A DNA stretch of 64,000 bases from Auanema rhodensis (lineage: Eukaryota; Animalia; Nematoda), in assembly GCA_964057225.1 (NCBI GenBank), contig OZ059894.1, forward strand, positions 11,594,001 to 11,658,000. Reading direction: 5' to 3'. The position numbers were made by a program, and so were the translations under genes. Of the stretch, positions 34,609 to 44,380 are shown in pieces (within the stretch, counting starts at the first letter, position 1; each line of letters starts with the position of its first letter). The notes under the pieces were generated by a model that did not search any database, was not told where the DNA came from, and saw only the letters and a program-made list of their open reading frames with translations.

Positions 34609-35787
34609 ACAGTAAAAAGTCCAATCAAGAGAGAAATTTTTTCAACACATAGTTGTTTTTTTTTTAAATATCATTGTTTTTCCTCATAACTCGGTTTAAA
34701 CTCGTTCTAACCCGTTGAAATACGTCTAGAAAGTCTTTATAACATGCATATGTATGATAGAACTTCATATTTATTGTAATAGAAAATTTTATTTTCAGAC
34801 GTCTTGGTTAACAATGATATGTTTTACCCCCTTATAATTTTTATCATAATGTTCCTTATACGGAACGCTCAATGAAACTTGCTTCCAGAAAAATTTCTTT
34901 CTATTTTTTCTTCATATGTACGTAGATACTATAGAGAACTATGATAGAAAACTTTAACATTCACGAAATCATCATTTCTCATTACGCTACGGAGGTTTAA
35001 AAAGCTGTGTTTTACCTTATAATAGACCGGAAAACCCTTGTGTTAAAACTGGACCGTTTTTACACATATAAAAATGTCCCGTATTCGGGACCCTAATGTA
35101 ACTTTTGATTCCCTATATTTTTTTTCATGAAATTTACAATCTACTGTAGAAAGAAGAATTATTTTTATAAAAACTGTAAATTTTTGAAAAATGAAAACAA
35201 AACGAAAACAAAAACAACTTTTTTTTGAACATTTTCTCACACAAGGGTCCCCCCTTACCTACTTTTTTTCTCATTACTCGTTTCAACCTCATCCGATCAC
35301 TCTGCAAACATGTTTAATCGTTCTAACTTGTTGAAATACGTCTTAAAAGTCTAAACAACATGCATATGCATAATAGAAACCACCCGAATAGGCCCCCACG
35401 CACTAAACGAGATATATACATTACCAGTATAGTAATAGAACACATATTGAAGATTAATTCGATAAGAACAATTTATTGACGTAGAGAATGTTTGTTCCGA
35501 AAAACTACAATATTAAACTATAAAAGTAACAAAAGCGTAGAGGCAGCAAAGACATGAATAAACATAAATGTAAATACAGAATTACCAGGTAGTACATAAG
35601 TATGACAAAAAATTATAAGAAAGCCATGAAAATAGAAGGTTTGTGAACAAATGAGAGGTACATCTTTGATCGTATAGTCATTTCTAAACCGTTCGTATGC
35701 TGCAGCATCGTCATAAGCGTCACTCAAGTTGAATTTCCATGTGTACTACACGATTTTCATTCTTATTGTTACATTCTTTCCCTGAGG

Positions 35788-35937
35788 GAATGGGCCGTTC
35801 CCGCCAGCAGTGCAAGAGCGGGTCGACCCGTGAGGTGGAGCTAGCAAGCCAGCATCTACCTCAAGTCTCAAAAATCGGTTAACCTTATTGTGAACCAATG
35901 GAACACATATCGAAGGTTAATTCGATAAGAACGATTA
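35788..35937 (-). pseudogene. U2: U2 3' part (nt 38-end) downstream of copy 3
   Basis: Same 3' junction as 27210. Confidence 0.92.
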
Positions 35938-38900
35938 ATGGTTTATTGAATAACTAATGTTATGATACAATAAATAACCAATAAAAAAGAGCCCAGAATC
36001 GGGGAGACGGTATTACCAGTACAACTTAAAACAGCAAGTAATTAAAAAGTACATAATAAGACACATTGCCAACAGAGGCTAAAACGACTCAAGAGTCGGG
36101 GGAGTGGGTTAAAAAAAATGAACAAAAAAATGAATATTAAAGCAGAACAATGAGAAATCAAGTGCCGCTATGATCAAACAATTTGAGTGCCTACGGCAAT
36201 GATGTTAAAAATAAACAACAAAATACATGTACCAATGAAGGTCAGAAAGAAAGAAACAAAAGACAAAAATAAGTAATACAAAAAGTAAATACATTACAAT
36301 CAAATCACAAACAAGTCAATTGATAATTTCTTCTTCATATTGCCTTACACCAGAAACATGTTCCACGTAGATATTCCTGGCCCACTTGATGGTATCGGCG
36401 ACGACGAGCTTCTCCATTAGCCGGTTGTAGTGGCTGCTGATCTTGAGTGATCGGAGGGCTTGTCCGTTGAGCGGGTCCATAGTTCCAAGCATTCCTACGA
36501 CATATGCTTCTACACTAGTCTTATAACCAAGACATTGGTATTGGCTGGCTATGTCAGCATATTTCCTCTCCTTTATCATACGCGCGGCTATCATGGCTTG
36601 ACGGCGGTTTTCATAGCTCACTGTAACATCAACGATACTACAGTGTTTTGCGTCATGATCGACCACTACTATGTCAGGTCGGAGTGTACTATTAATGTCA
36701 GGAAGAGGCTGGTTAGTGTAAACTTCTCCGTTTTTAGGCTCTGGCAGGGCTTTGATAAGACGGTCCACGATGTTGTTGTGGCGGAGTTGGATTGCTCTCG
36801 TGTGAGAGTGGCAGTGTCCAAGAACATGTGCAGCAGTTTCGTTGGAGTAACTACACCTGCGGCACTGTTTGTTTCCTTCTCCGTGTCTTCTACAGCCATT
36901 GAGCTGGAGAGTATTGAGTCGAGCCTTGTGGATGAATCGCCAATCAGCAAACCGTATGAAATCTCCCTTCGCCATAAAGTGATTGGACGCTTTGTTGAGC
37001 ATTGTGACATCAAAGACTTTCCCTTGATCCGGTTTTTGAAGAAGGATCCGAAGGTCTTTCAGCCATAATGCACGTCGCAGGCTTCTGTGGCATAGTGAAG
37101 GTGTTAACAGTTGGTTGTTTAGATTGAGTTCTAAACCACTTTCGAGGCATGTCCAGTTAGCGTTGATGAGTTTCTTGAGTTGACGCATCGCTACTCTTAC
37201 TCTAGTCCAGATGGAGGAAACATCAGATGTTTCGGTGTCGAAAATGCCATCAACGGAACCGTTGTAATATGCAGCTGTCTCATCGTTACTGGCTTGACGT
37301 TTAATCCTTTTTGATGCTACTTTTTTTGAGTCTTGATGCGCAATATCAGCTACTACAAGATCAGATGACTTCAAAAGTTGGTAGGCATGAGTGACTTCAC
37401 AGACGTCTGACAGGTGTTGGAGTCGAGAGAGACCAAGTCCGCCGTAGTTAGTTGGCAGGTAGATTGGTTCAGCACTGGCGTTTGGAGGATAGTGCATCCA
37501 TCTACGGGCACAGCGTTTGAGTTCTTTGTCAAAGGCGACTAGTTTACTCTTTGGGACGTGGCCATTCGTCATATGAAAATTAAGGCAGGGCATCAGGAAG
37601 GTGCGTACTGCGTCAGCTTTCTGCCATTCAGCAAGTAAGGATTTGTCAATTTTTTCCAAGTGTTGACTCATAATATTCACTGTTGGAACCGCAGACTTAT
37701 GTAAATGCATTCCAGTAGGGATTCCCAGGTGGGAGTAGCTGTCGAATTTGCTGAGAGCGGGTAGAGAGGAGCTCTGTAGCATGTATGAGGCTGTTGATAT
37801 TTTCCCTTTGTCGATCGTCAAGGTGGCGCATTTCGCTGGTTTGAAGGTCAAGCCTGTGAAATTAGCCGCATTTGATGCTGCGTCCAACATTTTCTGTAGA
37901 TCTTCTGATGATGAGGAGACCAGGGCAAGGTCATCGGCGTACGCTAGCACAGCGATGTTGTGGTTGTGTAGCTTATAGCCAGTAGAGGATTCCAAGATGG
38001 TTTTAATTAGAGGTTCAATGGCAAGGTTGAACAGGATCGGAGATAGTGGGGATCCTTGTAACACACCTGCATGAACTGGAATGGTCGATGTGAGTCCGGA
38101 GCCTGTCTGGATTCTTGTAGAGGCATCTGTGTATAGAGCTCGTACTCGGGATATTGAGGCTTCAGCCACTCCTGACCATCTTAGAACGTCTAGCAGAGTT
38201 TCGTGTGGCAGCGATCCAAAAGCGTTTGCGAGATCAAGCCAAGCAATTGCAATTTTCTCACGTTTACGTTTAGCGTCCGCAATGGTACTTTGCAACATAA
38301 AGTTGTGTTCCATGCATCCAGCTTTGGCCACAAAGCCCTTTTGGGAGGGAGAAAGTCTTTTTTCTGCTCTTGCCCATGTTAGCAGTCGATGCGTAAGACA
38401 AGCTGAGTACGTCTTACCAATTGTGCACGAAAGTGCTATTGGTCGCCAGTTGTTAATGTCAGCTTTATCACCTTTCTTATGGATGAGGACGGTGGTCGAC
38501 TCTTTCCAGGAAAAAGGGATGTGTCCTAGCTTGTGTACGGTGTTAAATATCGCTGCTAATATGTGACCTCCTTGGTCAAATTTCTTCCAGTGCGAGTATC
38601 GAAGTCCATCAGCTCCTGGAGCCGTATCGCTGCAACGTCGTATGCGTTCCCAGACTTCCAAAGGGGTGAAAACACCTTCTAATGGGTCGGTACTAGCTGG
38701 CAAATCCGGTCTGGTGACTGTGATGGGGAGGGCTGGGCCTTGACTGCTGTGAACAGAAAGGAAATGTTTTTCAACCTCTGCAGATGGTATGGTGCAGGTT
38801 TCACTTTGTTCTCCGAGCAGTTGTCGAAAGGCTTTCTTCTTGTTGGCCCTCCAGAGCTTCTGGAGCTTCATCGCCTGGGTTTTTTGGTCTTCCTCAGGTT

Positions 38901-39646
38901 GTGTGTGTGGTCGGCGCCTTTGTCGGAAGTTGGGAACTTTGATCATAATGTCAAGAGACTTTCTGATTGCGTCTACCAACTCTTCCAGGACCTGCTCGAG
39001 CTCACTTTTGCACACAACCTTTTTAATTCTATCCACCCAAGTATTTTCAGAGTTTCTATTCGGATCAGGGTCGGCAAAAAATGGTTCTGTACTCGAAACC
39101 CTGATCTCGTTGAATATTTCACTCTCTCGCGGAAGGGGGGAAACTTCGGCCTCTGGGGACAAGTCCAGAATTGGGGCCTCAAACAAGCGTACCGTTGATG
39201 GAGATCCTTGTTCCTGTCCACTGGATGATGTTTCCTCCATTGTACGCTCCTCCACGGGCGGGGTGGTCGTCCTTGTGCCTGGTGGGCGGGTGTTCCTGAT
39301 CCTCCGCAATATAGGGCGGGAACTGGGCTCTCTCGGAGATAGAGGTGAGATCACCACAGTTTCCTCTATGATGCGGAGGCATCCTTCAGCTTTTTTCTGA
39401 TGGCTTTTAACGGCCTTCAGATTGCTGGTGAGGCCACAGGCACGGCACTCAAATTCTACTCCGACCTCATGTTCTCTCCGAAGATGGCGGACGAGACCAT
39501 TGTGGTCTGAGTAGGATCGCGGAATAGGAGCGCAGATTGAACAAGAAAAAGGGCTCTGAAGAGGCACCTTTAGCTTGTAAAGCCCTTGCTCCATCTCTAG
39601 CAGATCTAAAGACTTACGTAGTACAGTTGCAATATCGATTTAGCCA
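35938..39646 (-). mobile_element. Utopia-like retrotransposon, copy 3 (3709 bp, full length)
   Basis: Same junctions and ORF as copy 2 with scattered substitutions. Confidence 0.94.
36316..39594 (-). CDS. Zn-finger / RT / RLE protein, 1092 aa
   Basis: Same motifs as 27590-30868; YADD intact. Confidence 0.96.
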   Translation of the reverse strand: MEQGLYKLKVPLQSPFSCSICAPIPRSYSDHNGLVRHLRREHEVGVEFECRACGLTSNLKAVKSHQKKAEGCLRIIEETVVISPLSPREPSSRPILRRIRNTRPPGTRTTTPPVEERTMEETSSSGQEQGSPSTVRLFEAPILDLSPEAEVSPLPRESEIFNEIRVSSTEPFFADPDPNRNSENTWVDRIKKVVCKSELEQVLEELVDAIRKSLDIMIKVPNFRQRRRPHTQPEEDQKTQAMKLQKLWRANKKKAFRQLLGEQSETCTIPSAEVEKHFLSVHSSQGPALPITVTRPDLPASTDPLEGVFTPLEVWERIRRCSDTAPGADGLRYSHWKKFDQGGHILAAIFNTVHKLGHIPFSWKESTTVLIHKKGDKADINNWRPIALSCTIGKTYSACLTHRLLTWARAEKRLSPSQKGFVAKAGCMEHNFMLQSTIADAKRKREKIAIAWLDLANAFGSLPHETLLDVLRWSGVAEASISRVRALYTDASTRIQTGSGLTSTIPVHAGVLQGSPLSPILFNLAIEPLIKTILESSTGYKLHNHNIAVLAYADDLALVSSSSEDLQKMLDAASNAANFTGLTFKPAKCATLTIDKGKISTASYMLQSSSLPALSKFDSYSHLGIPTGMHLHKSAVPTVNIMSQHLEKIDKSLLAEWQKADAVRTFLMPCLNFHMTNGHVPKSKLVAFDKELKRCARRWMHYPPNASAEPIYLPTNYGGLGLSRLQHLSDVCEVTHAYQLLKSSDLVVADIAHQDSKKVASKRIKRQASNDETAAYYNGSVDGIFDTETSDVSSIWTRVRVAMRQLKKLINANWTCLESGLELNLNNQLLTPSLCHRSLRRALWLKDLRILLQKPDQGKVFDVTMLNKASNHFMAKGDFIRFADWRFIHKARLNTLQLNGCRRHGEGNKQCRRCSYSNETAAHVLGHCHSHTRAIQLRHNNIVDRLIKALPEPKNGEVYTNQPLPDINSTLRPDIVVVDHDAKHCSIVDVTVSYENRRQAMIAARMIKERKYADIASQYQCLGYKTSVEAYVVGMLGTMDPLNGQALRSLKISSHYNRLMEKLVVADTIKWARNIYVEHVSGVRQYEEEIIN

Positions 39647-39704
39647 TTAACCTTATTGTGAACCAATGGAACACATATCGAAGGTTAATTCGATAAGAAC
39701 GATT

Positions 39705-42700
39705 TATTGAAGTAGGAAATGTTTTGCCCCGTAGGACTACAAGTAAATATTATCTAGCACAAGGCTATTAGAGAATGATAAGATACTACCTGCACTAAGT
39801 GCGTCGCATCGTAAAGGGAAAAAAAATTAAACAATGGGAGTTTAACAGCATGAAATTGAGAGAAAAGACATATCCGAGTGTGAATAAAATTACGGGTGAA
39901 CGGAACATGGAGTACGAGAGACATACAAAACGAGACTAAGTGAAAAGAAAAAGTCTTGTATCACGTTCATGAAGGTTCGACGGATCCGGTAAGAAGCTGC
40001 GGGTTCAGAAGGTCAGCTTTTATCTCGTAGTCGTGGCGCATCAGGAATTTGTGAAGCTTTCCGGCTTTGCAGACGGCTGTATTGGTCCTCGTAGGATGGT
40101 GGAAGATGTTGTCGCTTAGTGATGTTACACATAAAGATATGCAAAAATAGAACAATTCAAAGAAAAAGAGCACAATTAAAACGAGATTTGGAGAGAAGAG
40201 AAGTCTTATATCACTTTCGATGGTTCGGAAGCTCCAGTCTGCTGCTGCGGTTTAGGGGGTGCAACTGGCATGTCGGAGGCGTAGCACATCATAGGTCAAG
40301 CTTGCTGGACTCCCGGCTCGGCTGGTGGCTGTGAGTTTTCCTTGTGCTTGTTCTCGGTGGTGGTCCCTGGGCTGTCTCTTCACCAAAAATTACTATACTA
40401 ATTGCACATTTCATTTAAACGACCCATTTCAGAAGCTTTAAGAGGAAAAGCTACAATTAGCATAGGACCGCCTCAAGGCCTGGTGGATCATTCAATTTAG
40501 TTTCAATCGCCAAGTATAGCGGCCTGGGCCCTTGGGTCAATTCACTGAACCAGTGTAGTATCGATTGTTCAATGGAACACATATCGAAGGTTAATTCGAT
40601 AAGAACGATTTATTGAAGTAGGAAATGTTTTGCCCCGTAGGACTACAAGTAAATATTATCTAGCACAAGGCTATTAGAGAATGATAAGATACTACCTGCA
40701 CTAAGTGCGTCGCATCGTAAAGGGAAAAAAAATTAAACAATGGGAGTTTAACAGCATGAAATTGAGAGAAAAGACATATCCGAGTGTGAATAAAATTACG
40801 GGTGAACGGAACATGGAGTACGAGAGACATACAAAACGAGACTAAGTGAAAAGAAAAAGTCTTGTATCACGTTCATGAAGGTTCGACGGATCCGGTAAGA
40901 AGCTGCGGGTTCAGAAGGTCAGCTTTCATCTCGTAGTCGTGGCGCATCAGGAATTTGTGAAGCTTTCCGGCTTTGCAGACGGCTGTATTGGTCCTCGTAG
41001 GATGGTGGAAGATGTTGTCGCTTAGTGATGTTACACATAAAGATATGCAAAAATAGAACAATTCAAAGAAAAAGAGCACAATTAAAACGAGATTTGGAGA
41101 GAAGAGAAGTCTTATATCACTTTCGATGGTTCGGAAGCTCCAGTCTGCTGCTGCGGTTTAGGGGGTGCAACTGGCATGTCGGAGGCGTAGCACATCATAG
41201 GTCAAGCTTGCTGGACTCCCGGCTCGGCTGGTGGCTGTGAGTTTTCCTTGTGCTTGTTCTCGGTGGTGGTCCCTGGGCTGTCTCTTCACCAAAAATTACT
41301 ATACTAATTGCACATTTCATTTAAACGACCCATTTCAGAAGCTTTAAGAGGAAAAGCTACAATTAGCATAGGACCGCCTCAAGGCCTGGTGGATCATTCA
41401 ATTTAGTTTCAATCGCCAAGTATAGCGGCCTGGGCCCTTGGGTCAATTCACTGAACCAGTGTAGTATCGATTGTTCAATGGAACACATATCGAAGGTTAA
41501 TTCGATAAGAACGATTTATTGAAGTAGGAAATGTTTTGCCCCGTAGGACTACAAGTAAATATTATCTAGCACAAGGCTATTAGAGAATGATAAGATACTA
41601 CCTGCACTAAGTGCGTCGCATCGTAAAGGGAAAAAAAATTAAACAATGGGAGTTTAACAGCATGAAATTGAGAGAAAAGACATATCCGAGTGTGAATAAA
41701 ATTACGGGTGAACGGAACATGGAGTACGAGAGACATACAAAACGAGACTAAGTGAAAAGAAAAAGTCTTGTATCACGTTCATGAAGGTTCGACGGATCCG
41801 GTAAGAAGCTGCGGGTTCAGAAGGTCAGCTTTTATCTCGTAGTCGTGGCGCATCAGGAATTTGTGAAGCTTTCCGGCTTTGCAGACGGCTGTATTGGTCC
41901 TCGTAGGATGGTGGAAGATGTTGTCGCTTAGTGATGTTACACATAAAGATATGCAAAAATAGAACAATTCAAAGAAAAAGAGCACAATTAAAACGAGATT
42001 TGGAGAGAAGAGAAGTCTTATATCACTTTCGATGGTTCGGAAGCTCCAGTCTGCTGCTGCGGTTTAGGGGGTGCAACTGGCATGTCGGAGGCGTAGCACA
42101 TCATAGGTCAAGCTTGCTGGACTCCCGGCTCGGCTGGTGGCTGTGAGTTTTCCTTGTGCTTGTTCTCGGTGGTGGTCCCTGGGCTGTCTCTTCACCAAAA
42201 ATTACTATACTAATTGCACATTTCATTTAAACGACCCATTTCAGAAGCTTTAAGAGGAAAAGCTACAATTAGCATAGGACCGCCTCAAGGCCTGGTGGAT
42301 CATTCAATTTAGTTTCAATCGCCAAGTATAGCGGCCTGGGCCCTTGGGTCAATTCACTGAACCAGTGTAGTATCGATTGTTCAATGGAACACATATCGAA
42401 GGTTAATTCGATAAGAACGATTTATTGAAGTAGGAAATGTTTTGCCCCGTAGGACTACAAGTAAATATTATCTAGCACAAGGCTATTAGAGAATGATAAG
42501 ATACTACCTGCACTAAGTGCGTCGCATCGTAAAGGGAAAAAAAATTAAACAATGGGAGTTTAACAGCATGAAATTGAGAGAAAAGACATATCCGAGTGTG
42601 AATAAAATTACGGGTGAACGGAACATGGAGTACGAGAGACATACAAAACGAGACTAAGTGAAAAGAAAAAGTCTTGTATCACGTTCATGAAGGTTCGACG

Positions 42701-43287
42701 GATCCGGTAAGAAGCTGCGGGTTCAGAAGGTCAGCTTTCATCTCGTAGTCGTGGCGCATCAGGAATTTGTGAAGCTTTCCGGCTTTGCAGACGGCTGTAT
42801 TGGTCCTCGTAGGATGGTGGAAGATGTTGTCGCTTAGTGATGTTACACATAAAGATATGCAAAAATAGAACAATTCAAAGAAAAAGAGCACAATTAAAAC
42901 GAGATTTGGAGAGAAGAGAAGTCTTATATCACTTTCGATGGTTCGGAAGCTCCAGTCTGCTGCTGCGGTTTAGGGGGTGCAACTGGCATGTCGGAGGCGT
43001 AGCACATCATAGGTCAAGCTTGCTGGACTCCCGGCTCGGCTGGTGGCTGTGAGTTTTCCTTGTGCTTGTTCTCGGTGGTGGTCCCTGGGCTGTCTCTTCA
43101 CCAAAAATTACTATACTAATTGCACATTTCATTTAAACGACCCATTTCAGAAGCTTTAAGAGGAAAAGCTACAATTAGCATAGGACCGCCTCAAGGCCTG
43201 GTGGATCATTCAATTTAGTTTCAATCGCCAAGTATAGCGGCCTGGGCCCTTGGGTCAATTCACTGAACCAGTGTAGTATCGATTGTT
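39705..43287 (-). mobile_element. Four tandem 865-bp U2-inserted short elements (39705-40569, 40611-41475, 41517-42381, 42423-43287) separated by U2 nt 39-79; putative non-autonomous retroelement, type A
   Basis: 906-bp period; each 3' end abuts U2 nt 39, forming AATAAA; each 5' end follows U2 nt 79; no RT ORF. Confidence 0.85.
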
Positions 43288-43366
43288 CAATGGAACACAT
43301 ATCGAAGGTTAATTCGATAAGAACGATTACTACACTTTGATCTTAGCCAAAAGGCCGAGAAGCGAT
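43288..43366 (-). pseudogene. U2: U2 5' fragment (nt 1-79) fused to the type A element
   Basis: U2 sequence ends ...TTCCATTG then AACAATCG. Confidence 0.92.
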
Positions 43367-43808
43367 ACAGCATAGCCATGAGTATCAAAGACATCAAGCA
43401 AATGTATCGTACTTGTTACGAGTGCACTCTCTCATTTGAATATAAAAGTGTGGTTTGACAATCTTGACTGTACAGGTCATAAATGGCTCATATAAACTGT
43501 GGATTTACTCAACTTTTGGACTTATTTTTTTCTTATTCGAAGCGCTGCACTTTTTTCTATTCTTTTTATTCAAATACTTGTATATAGTTTTATATGTACG
43601 GTTGCAAAGTTTCCGAATATTTTATATATTTTTATACAATAATTAGGAGAAGGTTAATACAATGAAATCTCCCAACTTTACAGTGTTTGTATTGCTTACA
43701 GTATCTAGAACAACCACTCTTGTAATATTAGAGCACATATCAATCAACAACTTTTTCTAGTTATCAAAGCTTTTTTATTTCTTCAAGATATTTCAAATAA
43801 AATATAAA

Positions 43809-43927
43809 AGCTTACGACACCCGGGATTCCCAAGCCGTCTCCGATCCAAGTACTAACCGGGCCCAACGTTGCTTGACTTGCCAGATCGGACGGGATGGCG
43901 TACTTTCAACGTGGTATGGTCGTAAGC
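43809..43927 (-). rRNA. 5S rRNA
   Basis: Array copy. Confidence 0.96.
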
Positions 43928-44168
43928 AATGTTATATTCTTCATTATCAGTTATATCACTCTAAATCTTGTTGTTAATAGTTAGGACCACAAAGAAAACA
44001 ACAGGAACAGTAACAAATGAAATGCCCAAACTTTACAGTGTTCGAGTTATTTACAGTATCTAAGACTACCTCTGTCGTGTTATTAGAGCAAACATTCGAT
44101 TAACAACAACTTTTTTTTAGTTATCAAAGCTTTTTTATTTCTTCAAAAAATTTCAAATAAAATATAAA

Positions 44169-44198
44169 AGCTTACGACACCCGGGATTCCCAAGCCGT
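44169..44198 (-). pseudogene. 5S remnant (last 30 nt); ~101-bp deletion with 6-nt filler
   Basis: caagccgt|tatcag|ttcattatcag; spacing 95 bp shorter than in other units. Confidence 0.9.
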
Positions 44199-44334
44199 TA
44201 TCAGTTCATTATCAGTTATATCACTCTAAATCTTGTTGTTAATAGATACGACCACAAAGAAAACAACAGGAACAGTAACAATAACAAAAAAAATTTTTTT
44301 TTCACCTATGTGTCTAAAGGTTAGCCATGTATCC

Positions 44335-44380
<46 letters not shown>

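Noticed and set aside
39967-40334. 68/71-aa ORFs in type A (and 64-79-aa ORFs in type B) as genes
   Set aside because: Reading frames not conserved between A and B, mostly non-ATG starts, no domains
40440-40569. HDV-like or hammerhead ribozyme call for the 5' domain
   Set aside because: No HDV P3/L3 and P1.1 pattern and no CUGANGA/GAAA core found by eye; left unclassified
39647-43366. CRISPR-like repeat-spacer pattern (41-bp repeat)
   Set aside because: The repeat is U2 nt 39-79, the spacers are near-identical 865-bp units, there are no cas genes, and the context is eukaryotic
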